Assembly (NCBI GenBank): GCA_947487325.1 | Contig: CANKWG010000001.1 | Location: forward strand, 1 to 37,652 | Direction of reading: 5' to 3' | Origin: Oxalobacteraceae bacterium | Lineage (GTDB): Bacteria; Pseudomonadota; Gammaproteobacteria; Burkholderiales; Burkholderiaceae_D | DNA: 37,652 nt | In this document: positions 8,076 to 18,939 of the stretch, one piece after another | Layout: every line of letters starts with the position of its first letter | How positions within the stretch are numbered: position 1 is the first letter of the stretch | Program-made: the position numbers and the translations under genes | The notes under the pieces: model-generated | Seen by the model: only the letters and a program-made list of their open reading frames with translations | Databases searched by the model: none | Told to the model about the DNA's origin: nothing

Positions 8076-8960
8076 TCAGAAACGCAGATAGTGATCGATC
8101 AAGAGCGCTGCAAAGAGCAGCGACAGATAAACGATCGAGTAAGTAAATGCCTTGCGCGCAATGAGATCATTGTAGTGACGATAAATGCGCCATGCGTACC
8201 AGAGAAAAATGGCACCCAGTATCACCGCGCTCACCAGATAAATCAGTCCGCTCATGCGCACCGCGAATGGCAGCATCGTAGTGGCGAACAGGATGATGGT
8301 GTAGAGCCACACATGAAAACGCGTGAACTCCATGCCATGCGTAATGGGCAGCATGGGCAGACCGGACTTTGCATAGTCGTCACGACGATAGAGCGCAAGC
8401 GCCCAGAAGTGCGGCGGCGTCCAGACGAAGATGATCAGCACCAGAATCCAGGCCTGCATCGGCACATCATTGGCAATCGCTGCCCAGCCCAGTGCAGGTG
8501 GCATGGCGCCGGATAAACCGCCGATAACAATATTCTGTGGCGTCGCTGGCTTGAGGATGATGGTGTAAATGACCGCATAACCGACAAAGGTGGCGAAGGT
8601 CAGCCACATGGTCAGCGGATTAACGAGGTTATACAGCACCCACATACCGGCACCCCCAATCACGCCGGAGAATGCGAGCGTTTGCGGTACGGTAATCTCG
8701 CCTCGGGCCATGGGCCTGCGCGCGGTGCGCGCCATGCGCGAATCGATTTCGCGCTCCACCAGACAATTCACTGCAAAGGCCGCGCCCGCCAGTAGCCAAA
8801 TGCCCACCGTGGCGGATATCAGCAAACGCCAATCGGGCAGCTCGGGGGTGGCGAGGAACATTCCGATCACGGCACAAAAAACGGCCAATTGCGTTACGCG
8901 GGGCTTGGTCAGCGCCCAGTACTGAGCAATGCGATTGGGTTGAACGGTGAGGGTGGTCAT
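8076..8960 (-). CDS. ctaB: Heme o synthase (protoheme IX farnesyltransferase)
   Basis: [40 protein letters not shown]. Confidence 0.96.
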   Translation of the reverse strand: MTTLTVQPNRIAQYWALTKPRVTQLAVFCAVIGMFLATPELPDWRLLISATVGIWLLAGAAFAVNCLVEREIDSRMARTARRPMARGEITVPQTLAFSGVIGGAGMWVLYNLVNPLTMWLTFATFVGYAVIYTIILKPATPQNIVIGGLSGAMPPALGWAAIANDVPMQAWILVLIIFVWTPPHFWALALYRRDDYAKSGLPMLPITHGMEFTRFHVWLYTIILFATTMLPFAVRMSGLIYLVSAVILGAIFLWYAWRIYRHYNDLIARKAFTYSIVYLSLLFAALLIDHYLRF

Positions 8961-8970
8961 GACAGATCAA

Positions 8971-10074
8971 TCATGCAGACGAGTGGCTGGCCCGGAATTC
9001 GGTCACCTTTTCCACAGGCTGAGAGAGACGGTAGTTTAGCATGGTGAGCAAGAGCACCAAGAGCGCCGCACCCGCGTTATGCAACACAGCGATGGTGAGT
9101 GGCCAATTGAGTAATACCGTGGCCATGCCCGTGCAAAACTGCAGCAGTATCAACCACAACAAGGCTCGTCCCACTCGCTCTGTGCCGGGAGTTTTCCAGG
9201 CGCGGTGCGCAACCCACGCGACTAGAGCAACAACGATGACGGCGAATAATCGATGCACCCAGTGAATGGCTACCAACGCATCAAATGGCAGATAGTCGCC
9301 AGCAGAGGTCATACCCAAAGCTCGCCAGAGCGTGAAGCCGTGGGTAAAATCCATGGTCGGCATCCAGTCTCCCTGACACAAAGGAAAACCACCGCAGGCG
9401 AGCGCCGCGTAGTTGGTACTGACCCAGCCACCCAAGGCAATTTGCATGAAGGCCGCAACAAAAGCCATCGCTGCTGGAAGCCGCAGTGTGCTGGCAATGT
9501 CAGCGACAGGTGAGTGCTCGCTTTGTCGCAATGCATGCCAAGTCAACAGTGCCAGCAGCGACAGGCCAAGTAAAAGATGAGTGGTTACGATGATCGGCTG
9601 CAGTTTCAACGTAACAGTCCATGCGCCGAAGGCACCTTGCAAGCACACAAAGAACAATAGCAAGGCCGGCAGTTTCGGCGCGTATCGAGATTCACGATGC
9701 GTGCGCCAGAGGCGCCATCCAATCACGAGCGAGGCAATGATCAGTACACCCACGCCCATAGCCAGATAGCGGTGAATCATTTCTATCCACGCCTTGAATA
9801 CCGTCACAGGACCGGTTGGCATCAAGGTTTCAGCAGCACGAATTTCGTGATGCGCTAAAAAGGGATTGGCTTCGCCATAGCAGCCGGGCCAGTCGGGACA
9901 GCCGAGACCGGAATCGGTCAGTCGCGTGAAGGCACCAAAAACGATCAGATCAAAGGTAAAAAATACCGTCACCCACGCCAGCTTTTTATAGCGATCGGTA
10001 CCACGCGACAGATAAACAATCGTCGCGGGTATCAGCGCCACCAGCAGCGCCTTAAGGGCAAGTCCGATCAGCAT
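8971..10074 (-). CDS. ctaA: Heme A synthase (Cox15/CtaA)
   Basis: TRLTDSGLGCPDWPGC, EMIHR, HWVHR, HNAGA; multi-TM. Confidence 0.93.
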   Translation of the reverse strand: MLIGLALKALLVALIPATIVYLSRGTDRYKKLAWVTVFFTFDLIVFGAFTRLTDSGLGCPDWPGCYGEANPFLAHHEIRAAETLMPTGPVTVFKAWIEMIHRYLAMGVGVLIIASLVIGWRLWRTHRESRYAPKLPALLLFFVCLQGAFGAWTVTLKLQPIIVTTHLLLGLSLLALLTWHALRQSEHSPVADIASTLRLPAAMAFVAAFMQIALGGWVSTNYAALACGGFPLCQGDWMPTMDFTHGFTLWRALGMTSAGDYLPFDALVAIHWVHRLFAVIVVALVAWVAHRAWKTPGTERVGRALLWLILLQFCTGMATVLLNWPLTIAVLHNAGAALLVLLLTMLNYRLSQPVEKVTEFRASHSSA

Positions 10075-10078
10075 GGGA

Positions 10079-10702
10079 TCATCCTATGCGTGAAGCCTTC
10101 AGCAAACGCGTGATGTCTTTCTTGATTTTGTTAGCGTCCGGATCTTTGGGGAAGCGCATCATCAGGTTACCGAGCGGATCGATCATGTACAGATGGTCTG
10201 CCGGTTGTGTGCCTTCTTGTACCGGTAACCAGGCGGCGAGTTTTTTTGCATCGACGCGCAGCAGCTGCGTGCCGTCATATTGCTTGATTAAGGCAGTATC
10301 GATTGGAGCGTCATCGGTGATGAGCCACACACGCTCGATCCTATCCATTTCTTTACCTTGTGTCAGGCGCAGCTGGCGCATGTAGTAGAGCTTGTCAGTG
10401 CAGGGTTTGGCGCAGGCCGCCTGATCGACTTGAAGCAAAATCCATTTGCCGGCGAATTGCTGAAGTGCTGCCGCTTGTCCGTCGAGTTGTTTGAGGCCGA
10501 GCTCGGGTATCGGATACGCGCGCGGATCGATCAGATCACCGTAATTTGTTCGGCTCTGGGGCTTGATGACGTAATACGTGAAATAGGAAAAAATCAGCGG
10601 CGCCGCACATACGGCGAGCACGATGAAGAGCATGCGATTACTGCGCTTGCTGCGTTTACTACTGTCCGCAGTTTTTGAATCAGGCGTTGGGCTTGCTTGC
10701 AC
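10079..10702 (-). CDS. Membrane-anchored thioredoxin-fold (SCO-like) oxidase-cluster protein
   Basis: N-terminal TM, CAKPC motif, YMIDPLGNLMMRF; typical position in betaproteobacterial cox clusters. Confidence 0.8.
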   Translation of the reverse strand: MQASPTPDSKTADSSKRSKRSNRMLFIVLAVCAAPLIFSYFTYYVIKPQSRTNYGDLIDPRAYPIPELGLKQLDGQAAALQQFAGKWILLQVDQAACAKPCTDKLYYMRQLRLTQGKEMDRIERVWLITDDAPIDTALIKQYDGTQLLRVDAKKLAAWLPVQEGTQPADHLYMIDPLGNLMMRFPKDPDANKIKKDITRLLKASRIG

Positions 10703-11402
10703 GACGAAATCCAGTCACGATAAAAAAAAGAAAGGCAGCGGCCGACAGGGCATACCACTGAAATGCATAAGCACGGTGAGTATCGACCCCGGCTGAGGGT
10801 AGTGGCCAGTCTCGAACAAGACCATCACCAAGATCATTGGTTTGCTCGATTATAAAATTTTCCAGGGGTAGTTTGCTTGCAGCGGCCAGCGCTTCAACAT
10901 TGACATTCTGCACAATCGCACCCGGCGTTAGTATCGGCGTTTCACCCAACTGCATCAGCTTGCCAACCGAGGTGCGTACCCGACCGGTAACTTTGATCTC
11001 CTCTTGCGACACCGGGATGCTTGGCAGACGCTGACGATCCTGAAGATCCCGCGGAAACCAGCCTCTCTGCACCAGCACCACGCGCTCGCTACCTGCGACG
11101 CGCAATGGCATCAAAAGGTAAAACCCGGCCTTGCCATTCAAAGGGCGGTTATCCAGATAAACCGGCCAGTCCTTGACGAAGCTGCCGTTCACCGTGATCG
11201 GCCTGAACTCTTCGGGAACTGCGTTCTCAGGCAATGCCTGAACTGGCAGCGGGTCGAGCTGGCTGCGCACAGTGATGGCCTCGGCAATCGCGATTTTTTC
11301 TTCTGCACGCCGGGTTTGCCAATTACCCAGTGCGATACCGATCCCCGCCACCATCAAGGTCGCGATTAGGGGGATCCAACGCAGACGAAAGTGCAATCGC
11401 AT
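10680..11402 (-). CDS. SURF1 family cytochrome oxidase assembly protein
   Basis: LGNWQTRRA, VQRGW, HRAYAFQWY. Confidence 0.93.
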   Translation of the reverse strand: MRLHFRLRWIPLIATLMVAGIGIALGNWQTRRAEEKIAIAEAITVRSQLDPLPVQALPENAVPEEFRPITVNGSFVKDWPVYLDNRPLNGKAGFYLLMPLRVAGSERVVLVQRGWFPRDLQDRQRLPSIPVSQEEIKVTGRVRTSVGKLMQLGETPILTPGAIVQNVNVEALAAASKLPLENFIIEQTNDLGDGLVRDWPLPSAGVDTHRAYAFQWYALSAAAFLFFIVTGFRRASKPNA

Positions 11403-11474
11403 TACAATGACACATCCAATAAATTAAAGTCTTCGGTCTTGCCGGCGCAATGGTGATTCTCGGCGCAATTGATC

Positions 11475-11678
11475 ATGAAAATTCTGGTTGGCATTGCCTT
11501 CATCCTCATCATCGGCAGTCTCGCTTCGGCTCTGGTGTTCCTGATGCGGGATAAGGGGCGCAGCAACCGTACCGTACAGGCGCTCGCGTTTCGGGTCGGC
11601 TTTTCCATTCTGCTGTTTGTGCTGATCCTGGTCGCACATAGGCTGGGATGGATACAACCATCGGGCATTGCCTACTGA
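11475..11678 (+). CDS. Twin-transmembrane-helix small protein
   Basis: Two TMs with SLASALVFLMRD...RTVQALAFRVGFS; opposite orientation between coxC and SURF1, as usual for this cluster. Confidence 0.85.
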   Translation: MKILVGIAFILIIGSLASALVFLMRDKGRSNRTVQALAFRVGFSILLFVLILVAHRLGWIQPSGIAY

Positions 11679-11742
11679 CCGGCGTCTTTGCTTTCATGCG
11701 CAGGATATCGACACAACCTACGTTTTGATGGGCCTCAAGAAC

Positions 11743-11771
11743 AAAAAGCCGCACCGAAGTGCGGCTTTTTT
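11743..11771. terminator. Bidirectional intrinsic terminator
   Basis: A5-GCCGCAC-CGAA-GTGCGGC-T6 between convergent genes. Confidence 0.88.
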
Positions 11772-11785
11772 CATGTTTGCGACAT

Positions 11786-12646
11786 TTACATCCAGTAAAC
11801 GACGACGTACAAGCCCAGCCAAACCACATCAACAAAGTGCCAGTACCACGCCGCACCTTCAAAAGCAAAATGATGGTCTGGGGTGAAATGACCCTTGAGC
11901 ACACGATACAAAACGACGGAGAGCATGATCGCGCCCATGGTGACGTGGAAACCATGGAAACCAGTCAACAAGAAGAAAGTCGAACCGTAGATACCTGAGG
12001 TCAGTTTCAGGTTCAGCTCACTGTAAGCGTGCGCATATTCGTAAGCCTGGAAGCCCATGAAGATCGCGCCCAGCAGAATGGTGGCGAACAACCAGATCGC
12101 TGTCTTGTTGCGGTCGCCTTCGCGCAGAGCGTGGTGAGCAATGGTCAGCGTCACACCCGAGGTCAGCAGCAACGCCGTGTTGATCGTCGGGATCCAGAAC
12201 GGGCCCATGGTTTCGAATTTTTCGATGACGCCTGCGGGACCCGTGTTACCCCAGTTGGCCGAAAAGTCTGGCCAGAGAAATTTATGATCGAGATCAGCCA
12301 ACCAAGGCATGCTGATCGTGCGCGCATAAAACAAAGCGCCGAAAAACGCACCGAAGAACATCACCTCGGAGAAGATGAACCAGCTCATGCTCCAACGGTA
12401 AGAAGTGTCGATGCGCGCGTTGTACATGCCACCTTCGGATTCAGCGATCGCGTCGCCAAACCAGTAATACAGTATGACCAGCGCGGCAAGGATACCAGCG
12501 AGATTGACGCCCTTGCCCCAGCCAATGCCATTGACCCATGCGGATGCGCCGGCCATGGTGGCGAGCAATGCCGCACCCATCAGCACAGGCCATTTGGATG
12601 GCCCGGGCACAAAGTAGTATGGCACTTGGCCTTGTTGAGTACTCAT
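11786..12646 (-). CDS. ctaE: Cytochrome c oxidase subunit III
   Basis: FIFSEVMFF, TGFHGFHV, WYWHFVDVVW. Confidence 0.97.
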   Translation of the reverse strand: MSTQQGQVPYYFVPGPSKWPVLMGAALLATMAGASAWVNGIGWGKGVNLAGILAALVILYYWFGDAIAESEGGMYNARIDTSYRWSMSWFIFSEVMFFGAFFGALFYARTISMPWLADLDHKFLWPDFSANWGNTGPAGVIEKFETMGPFWIPTINTALLLTSGVTLTIAHHALREGDRNKTAIWLFATILLGAIFMGFQAYEYAHAYSELNLKLTSGIYGSTFFLLTGFHGFHVTMGAIMLSVVLYRVLKGHFTPDHHFAFEGAAWYWHFVDVVWLGLYVVVYWM

Positions 12647-12705
12647 TTGCTTCCCCTGATTACAATGTTCAAAAATAAACTACCGGCCGCGAAGATTGTT
12701 TGAGC

Positions 12706-12921
12706 TTATTTCGCCACGACCATTTTCACCAACATCAGCAGCGTCAGTACGAACAACACTGCTGCAATAATCCCCGCGATGATCACATGCACCGGATTGA
12801 GCTTTTGCGTGTCTTCCTCGTAGGCGCTATTTTTACGTACGCCAAAAAAAGACCACATCACCGCTTTTACCGTGGCGACAAACGACATCTGTCGCCGGCT
12901 TGCTTCTTTCAGGTCATCCAT
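12706..12921 (-). CDS. DUF2970-like small membrane protein
   Basis: AVMWSFFGVRK...LNPVHVIIAG; cox cluster position. Confidence 0.82.
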   Translation of the reverse strand: MDDLKEASRRQMSFVATVKAVMWSFFGVRKNSAYEEDTQKLNPVHVIIAGIIAAVLFVLTLLMLVKMVVAK

Positions 12922-12935
12922 CCGATCACTACCTT

Positions 12936-13505
12936 TCAGCTTCCCTTGCCTGCTGCCCCAACCTCAAAGAAGGTATAGGACAGTGTGATCGTTTTTACAT
13001 TTTTTGGCAAAGCCGGGTCGATGTAAAAGCTCACCGGCATTTGCCGCGCCTCATTTGGCGCCAGTGTCTGCTGCTTGAAGCAGAAGCATTCCATCTTCTT
13101 GAAATGCGCTGCTGCTTCTTGCGGGGCATAGCTGGGAATCGCCTGCGCATCCATCGCTCTGCCCTGCGTATTTACCACTTCATACACCACCTGCGCCATC
13201 TCACCTGGGTGCACCTGAATGCTTGACACGGCTGGCTTGAATCGCCAAGGTCCGGTGGTATTGGCATCCAACTCCACGGTGATCGTTCGACTGGTGTCGA
13301 TTTGCGTGTTCGACGGCCCGACATCGTTCAGAGTTTCCTGCACCGCCAGCACATTGATGCCGGTAAGTTCGCAAATCTTTTTGTACAGTGGCACCAGCGA
13401 ATAGCCAAAGCCAAACATCAGTACCGCCACCAGCAACAGCTTTCCCAGCATTCGCCCATTCCTGCGACTACGACGCTGGCTGCCTTCCTGCCCGCTAGCC
13501 GACAT
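12936..13505 (-). CDS. ctaG: Cytochrome c oxidase assembly protein Cox11/CtaG
   Basis: VPLYKKICELTG and KMECFCF. Confidence 0.95.
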   Translation of the reverse strand: MSASGQEGSQRRSRRNGRMLGKLLLVAVLMFGFGYSLVPLYKKICELTGINVLAVQETLNDVGPSNTQIDTSRTITVELDANTTGPWRFKPAVSSIQVHPGEMAQVVYEVVNTQGRAMDAQAIPSYAPQEAAAHFKKMECFCFKQQTLAPNEARQMPVSFYIDPALPKNVKTITLSYTFFEVGAAGKGS

Positions 13506-13507
13506 AC

Positions 13508-13618
13508 TCAGTGGCCAAACAGCGAGTGCTTAAGAATGACACCTGCAAAAAACACCGCAGCAATCGACAGGAGTATCAGCGCGGTGCGCAAATTGCGCGG
13601 CTTGTTTTGTTCAGACAT
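13508..13618 (-). CDS. 36-aa single-TM small protein of the cox operon (not in ORF track)
   Basis: ATG 13618 to TGA 13508: MSEQNKPRNLRTALILLSIAAVFFAGVILKHSLFGH. Stops 2 nt before the ctaG start. Confidence 0.8.
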   Translation of the reverse strand: MSEQNKPRNLRTALILLSIAAVFFAGVILKHSLFGH

Positions 13619-13635
13619 GGACACCTTGTACGTTA

Positions 13636-13655
13636 CCGGCGGCCTGAGCCGCCGG
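13636..13655. other. GC-rich stem-loop just downstream of coxA
   Basis: CCGGCGGC-CTGA-GCCGCCGG, perfect 8-bp stem, no U-tract on the minus strand. Confidence 0.6.
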
Positions 13656-13665
13656 ATAAACAGAT

Positions 13666-15261
13666 TTACTTTACGGTCGGTGGCGTTTCAAAGGTGTGGA
13701 ACGGTGCAGGGCTAGGCACTGTCCATTCCAGACCTTCAGCGCCCTCCCATGGGTTCGCCGCTGCCTTCTCGCCGCCACGAATCGATGGCAGAACAACGAA
13801 GAACAGGAAGTACACCTGGGACAAACCAAAACCGAAAGCACCAATCGACGCGATCATGTTGAAGTCGGTGAATTGCGCTGCGTAGTCGGCGTAACGACGT
13901 GGCATGCCTGCGAGACCCAAGAAGTGCATCGGGAAGAAGGTCACGTTAAACGTGATCAGCGATGCCCAGAAATGGATCTTGCCGCGGGTTTCGTTGTACA
14001 TGAAACCAGTCCACTTTGGCGCCCAGTAATAGAAGCCTGCAAACAGCGCAAACAAAGAACCAGCAACCAGCACGTAGTGGAAGTGCGCCACAACGTAGTA
14101 GGTGTCCTGCAACTGGATATCGACCGGCGTGATCGCGCAGATCAGGCCAGTGAAGCCGCCCATCGTGAACACGAAGATGAAGCCAATCGCCCACAACATC
14201 GGGGACTCAAAGGTCATCGAACCTTGCCACATAGTGGCGATCCAGTTGAACACTTTCACGCCGGTAGGCACAGCGATCAACATCGTCGCGTACATGAAGA
14301 ACAATTGGCTGGTCACTGGCATACCAGTGGCAAACATGTGGTGCGCCCAGACGATGAACGAGAGAATCGCAATCGACGACGTTGCGTAGACCATCGAAGC
14401 GTAGCCGAACAGTGGCTTACGCGCGAAGGCTGGGATGATCTGCGAGACGATGCCGAAGGCCGGCAGAATCATGATGTACACTTCGGGGTGACCGAAGAAC
14501 CAGAAGATGTGCTGATACATGACCGGGTCACCGCCACCAGCAGCGTTGAAGAACGAGGTGCCGAAATGACGGTCAGTCAGTGTCATGGTGATCGCGCCAG
14601 CCAGTACAGGCATCACAGCAATCAGCAGATAAGCGGTGATCAGCCAAGTCCAGGCAAACATCGGCATCTTCATCAGGGTCATGCCGGGCGCGCGCATGTT
14701 CAGGATCGTAGTGACGATGTTAATCGAGCCCATGATCGAGGAAGCGCCCATGATGTGCATGGCGAAAATACCCATGTCCATGCCGATACCCATCTGGGTC
14801 GACAGTGGCGCGTACAAGGTCCAGCCTGCAGCCGTCGCACCGCCCGGCACCAGGAAAGAACCGACCAACAGAATCGCTGCCGGTGGCAGCAACCAGAACG
14901 AGAAGTTGTTCATCCGCGCAAAGGCCATATCGGAAGCACCGATTTGCAGCGGGATCATCCAGTTCGCGAAACCAACGAAAGCCGGCATGATCGCGCCAAA
15001 AACCATGATCAGGCCATGCATGGTGGTCAGCTGATTGAAGAACTCCGGCTGGAACAATTGCAGGCCGGGCTTGAACAGTTCTGCGCGAATGCCAAGCGCA
15101 AGAAGGCCACCGGTCAGCAGCATGATAAAAGAGAACCAGAGGTACAAGGTACCAATGTCCTTATGGTTGGTCGCGTACAACCAGCGGCGCCAGCCGTGCG
15201 GATGATGATCGTCGTGCGCGTGGTCAGCGTGACCGTGGGCGTGATCCAGAGTAGTGCTCAT
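13666..15261 (-). CDS. ctaD: Cytochrome c oxidase subunit I (A1 type)
   Basis: [33 protein letters not shown]. Confidence 0.98.
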   Translation of the reverse strand: MSTTLDHAHGHADHAHDDHHPHGWRRWLYATNHKDIGTLYLWFSFIMLLTGGLLALGIRAELFKPGLQLFQPEFFNQLTTMHGLIMVFGAIMPAFVGFANWMIPLQIGASDMAFARMNNFSFWLLPPAAILLVGSFLVPGGATAAGWTLYAPLSTQMGIGMDMGIFAMHIMGASSIMGSINIVTTILNMRAPGMTLMKMPMFAWTWLITAYLLIAVMPVLAGAITMTLTDRHFGTSFFNAAGGGDPVMYQHIFWFFGHPEVYIMILPAFGIVSQIIPAFARKPLFGYASMVYATSSIAILSFIVWAHHMFATGMPVTSQLFFMYATMLIAVPTGVKVFNWIATMWQGSMTFESPMLWAIGFIFVFTMGGFTGLICAITPVDIQLQDTYYVVAHFHYVLVAGSLFALFAGFYYWAPKWTGFMYNETRGKIHFWASLITFNVTFFPMHFLGLAGMPRRYADYAAQFTDFNMIASIGAFGFGLSQVYFLFFVVLPSIRGGEKAAANPWEGAEGLEWTVPSPAPFHTFETPPTVK

Positions 15262-15285
15262 GAGGTTTCTCCTGATTATTCTCGA

Positions 15286-16443
15286 TTACTTGCGCGCAGC
15301 CAGAACTTCGGCGGGCTGAACGATGTTGTCGTCAGCTTTGTTGGACCAGTTGTTACGCGTATAGGTGATGACAGCAGCGATCTCAGTGTCAGACAACGAG
15401 CCCTTCCAGGGCGGCATCGCGTTCTTGCCATTCAGCAGAATCGCAATTTGTCCGTCTTGCGGCCCATTGACCATTTGTGAACCATCCAACGCAGGAAACG
15501 CGCCCGGCACACCCTTGCCATTGGCCTGGTGGCAGGTAACGCAATTGGCGGCGTACACTTTTTCACCACGAGCCGACAACTCTGCAACAGTCCAAGTCTT
15601 GCTCGGGTCGTCTGCATTGGCTGCCATCGCCTTCTTCTGATCAGCAACCCACTTAGCGTAGTCTTCTTCGCTGACCACATTCACAACGATAGGCATGAAC
15701 GCGTGCTCTTTGCCGCACAGTTCGTAGCAGTTGCCGCGATAGGTGCCGACTTTTTCTGCTTTGAACCAGGTATCCCGCACAAATCCAGGAATCGCATCCT
15801 GTTTGACGCCCAGCGCTGGAACGCCCCACGCATGGATCACGTCATTGGCCGTAGTGACGATACGAATCTTTTTGTTGACCGGAACGACGAGCGGATGATC
15901 GACTTCGAGCAGGTAATTGTCGCCTTTCACTGCAACACCATGAATTTGATCACGCGGGGTCGATAGCGCCGACAGGAAGGCAACACCTTCGCCTTCGCCC
16001 TTTAGATAGTCATAGCCCCATTTCCACTGCATGCCGGTCGCTTTGATCGTGATATCGGCGTTCGATGTGTCTTTCATCGCAACCACAGTTTTGGTGGCTG
16101 GCAGCGCCATCAGCACCACGATCACGAAAGGCACAACTGTCCATGCGATTTCGACGGTGGTGCTCTCGTGGAAGCTGGCCGATTTGTGGCCAAGTGATTT
16201 ACGGTGCTTGAGGATGGAGTAGAACATGACTCCAAACACCGCAAGGAAGATCACAAGGCAAATGCCGATCATCCAGTTGTGCAGAACGTAGATATCCGCA
16301 GCAATGGCCGTGACGGGTGTCTGGAAGTTGAGCTGATGCACAGCCGGACCACCATCCATGTTGTTGACTGCGGATGCCGAACCGAAGATAGTCAGTCCGA
16401 GAGCCGCCATGGACAGCAGGGTTAGGCGCTTCACGTAGTTCAT
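15286..16443 (-). CDS. ctaC: Cytochrome c oxidase subunit II with C-terminal cytochrome c domain
   Basis: DVIHAW, CuA motif CYELCGKEHAFM, heme c motif CVTCH. Confidence 0.97.
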   Translation of the reverse strand: MNYVKRLTLLSMAALGLTIFGSASAVNNMDGGPAVHQLNFQTPVTAIAADIYVLHNWMIGICLVIFLAVFGVMFYSILKHRKSLGHKSASFHESTTVEIAWTVVPFVIVVLMALPATKTVVAMKDTSNADITIKATGMQWKWGYDYLKGEGEGVAFLSALSTPRDQIHGVAVKGDNYLLEVDHPLVVPVNKKIRIVTTANDVIHAWGVPALGVKQDAIPGFVRDTWFKAEKVGTYRGNCYELCGKEHAFMPIVVNVVSEEDYAKWVADQKKAMAANADDPSKTWTVAELSARGEKVYAANCVTCHQANGKGVPGAFPALDGSQMVNGPQDGQIAILLNGKNAMPPWKGSLSDTEIAAVITYTRNNWSNKADDNIVQPAEVLAARK

Positions 16444-16490
16444 AATGTCCTCAAAGCCTGTTAAATATTTGTTTACTTCTTTTTTCTCGC

Positions 16491-16943
16491 CTACAAACTG
16501 ATCCGATAACCGAGAAGTTCCTGATTCAGTTCACTGGCAAATTCCCGTCGCTTGCGTTCAGTGAGGAATCGACCCACCTCAATCCTGCCCGCGCTTCCCT
16601 CAAGACCAATCAATCCGTGCCGCAGTGCTGGCAAAGCCACGCGCGTGCGACAGGGGTCGAGGCGGAATTGCCTAATCTTTTCTGCCTGCACCAACTTAAC
16701 GACAAGTTCCGCTTCATTGAGCGCGATACATTCGCGATCGGTTGCGTGCCTGCCGAAGTACAAAAACGCCGCAGCCACTGCTGTCATTTCCAACACTGCG
16801 AACACCATAATCAACCAGGCACCATGCCACGTGAAATAGCCCGCAACCAGCATTGACGCGCCGAAAATTGCTAGATAGGCCTTGGCAAGCTGCCGCGGCG
16901 AAATAGAGCAATTTTTCTTCAGGACCCATTCTCGCGTCGCCAT
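16491..16943 (-). CDS. DUF2244 family membrane protein
   Basis: WVLKKNCSISPRQL...EVGRFL. ATG 16943 preferred over ORF-track start 17054. Confidence 0.8.
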   Translation of the reverse strand: MATREWVLKKNCSISPRQLAKAYLAIFGASMLVAGYFTWHGAWLIMVFAVLEMTAVAAAFLYFGRHATDRECIALNEAELVVKLVQAEKIRQFRLDPCRTRVALPALRHGLIGLEGSAGRIEVGRFLTERKRREFASELNQELLGYRISL

Positions 16944-17084
16944 CTCACCACATCCACTCTGGAAAATCGGTGGGCAATGAGTAGCCCAAAGCTTGCGGAG
17001 TATAAGCGAAAAGAATAACTGCCGCCAACTAGTCAGGGCAGCTTCGAAGGGCATAACTCGTCAGTCGAATTTTGCACAGGCGGT

Positions 17085-18026
17085 TCAAATTTTGCGGCGG
17101 TCAAAATGAACAATAGGCTCTCCCGTGCCGGTGGTTCGCGGCCTGGCCCGAAAAGCATGGCCATAGATGACCTCGATGGTGAGTCTGAGTCTGCCATCCC
17201 GGTCTACCCGCTGCTCCAACGCGCGACTCAATGACTGTCCCTGCTGGCGCGACATGAGCCCACGCGAGCGATCTTGCAGAGGATTGCCACCGAATGCCCG
17301 CACATCTGCCAACAATTTTTCTACTGATGAATAAGTGATATTCAGCTTTTCCATATCCATGACGGGCGACGCAAAACCCGCATCAACCAGCATGTCGCCG
17401 TAATCATGCAGATCCACAAAAGGCAATACGCGCGCATGAGTACCGGTGACCGCCGCTACTTCACGCAATTCTTTGAACGTATCAGGCCCGAAACAGCAAA
17501 ACATCAACAAGCCATCAACACGCAAAACACGCGCCCATTCAGCCAACACCCGATGCGGCTGCGGATGCCAATGCAAAGCGAGATTGGACCAAACCATATC
17601 CATCGCTGCAGCTTTTAACGGCAACTGACCAAAATCTGCGCAAACCAGCGCCGACTGTGCTGAAAGGCGTTGCGAACGCACGCGCAGTACTCGCATGAGC
17701 CTCTGCATGCCAGACCATGAACGTGCTTCACGCTGGCGGGTTTTACTAAGCATCGGCAGGGCAGCATCCAATCCCAGCAATGTCGAACGGGGGAAATGCT
17801 GACTCAGCGTGAGCAAATCATCGCCCTCGCCGCAACCCGCATCGAGTATCTGCTCGGGATTGATTTTGATGAGTGAGAGACGCTCGAACATACGTCCCGC
17901 AATCTCGCGCCGCAAAAACTGCGATTGCGCCACACGCTCGGGACGGGAAAACAGACGACGAATCTGCGCCAGCGAAATCGGCGCACTGACTCGCTGCGGC
18001 TCTTGAGGAGAAGACGACGAGGCCAT
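17085..18026 (-). CDS. BioC-like SAM-dependent methyltransferase
   Basis: ILDAGCGEG, SNLALHW, FGPDTFKEL, FVDLHDYGDML; divergent from comF. Start 18026 is inferred. Confidence 0.85.
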   Translation of the reverse strand: MASSSSPQEPQRVSAPISLAQIRRLFSRPERVAQSQFLRREIAGRMFERLSLIKINPEQILDAGCGEGDDLLTLSQHFPRSTLLGLDAALPMLSKTRQREARSWSGMQRLMRVLRVRSQRLSAQSALVCADFGQLPLKAAAMDMVWSNLALHWHPQPHRVLAEWARVLRVDGLLMFCCFGPDTFKELREVAAVTGTHARVLPFVDLHDYGDMLVDAGFASPVMDMEKLNITYSSVEKLLADVRAFGGNPLQDRSRGLMSRQQGQSLSRALEQRVDRDGRLRLTIEVIYGHAFRARPRTTGTGEPIVHFDRRKI

Positions 18027-18195
18027 CAGTAAACCAAAACGCCGGTAGGCAAGCTCATTAGATGAATGGAGTGCATCGCTTAGTGGGCAGACGTCATGCG
18101 CAATAAGCGCGACTGCCATGAAATTATTCGGCGCAGTGTACCGCAGCAGACTCACCATGGTATTGAGGCTTTTTCAGCGATCACTCACATTAGCT

Positions 18196-18927
18196 ATGCA
18201 CGGCGCCCATTTGCGTTCAATTTTCCGTCGTATCGGTCCGGCCCTTGAAACCATTCTGCCCGGTAGCTGCGCGCTGTGTCATGGCGACAGTCAGAATGCG
18301 CTCTGCATCGCGTGCCACCTGCAATTTTTTGCGAACACGCCCATGCGTTGCAAGATTTGTGGAAGGAAAATACCGCATATGCATGCAAAAGTCTGCGGCA
18401 CCTGTCTGCGGACACCGCCTGCATTCGACGCCACCATCGTCGCTTGCGATTACGCGGCGCCCTCGGACTTGCTCGTCCAAGATTTGAAGTTTCGCTCCCG
18501 TCTGCCGTTAGCGAAATCGTTCGGACAAATGCTGGCAATCGCGATCACACAGCAGCCGACCAACACGCCCGAGGTAATCATCCCAGTACCGCTGTCTGAG
18601 GCACGATTAGCGCAGCGCGGCTTCAATCAGGCGGGCGAAATTGCGCGCTCGCTCTCACGCCATATCGGCATACCATTGCAATTTAATGTGTGCGTGCGCG
18701 TTCGGGATACGCAGCCGCAGGCCGGACTACCGCTCAGCGAAAGACGGGTTAATATGCGCGGCGCTTTTGCGGTGCAGCTCAATGCATCCGTGCGAGGTCA
18801 GCATGTGCTGCTGGTGGATGATGTGATGACCACCGGTCACACTCTCAACGAGCTCGCCACTTGCCTGAAGCGACACGGCGCACGACGTGTGACGAATGCA
18901 GTTTTTGCACGCACGCCCGAAAAATGA
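18196..18927 (+). CDS. comF: ComF family protein (zinc ribbons + PRTase fold)
   Basis: CxxC clusters, RGFNQA, LVDDVMTTGHT. Start uncertain (18118/18157/18196). Confidence 0.9.
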   Translation: MHGAHLRSIFRRIGPALETILPGSCALCHGDSQNALCIACHLQFFANTPMRCKICGRKIPHMHAKVCGTCLRTPPAFDATIVACDYAAPSDLLVQDLKFRSRLPLAKSFGQMLAIAITQQPTNTPEVIIPVPLSEARLAQRGFNQAGEIARSLSRHIGIPLQFNVCVRVRDTQPQAGLPLSERRVNMRGAFAVQLNASVRGQHVLLVDDVMTTGHTLNELATCLKRHGARRVTNAVFARTPEK

Positions 18928-18939
18928 ACTTATGCGGAG

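Noticed and set aside
13696-15480. 594-aa plus-strand ORF opposite coxA
   Set aside because: Antisense shadow of a strongly codon-biased gene; no recognisable motifs.
15286-15560. Cytochrome c domain fused to oxidase subunit II
   Set aside because: Common in betaproteobacterial CoxB; not novel.
18027-18195. Apparent overlap of divergent BioC-like and ComF ORFs
   Set aside because: Explained by over-extended ORF-track starts; downstream ATGs remove the overlap.
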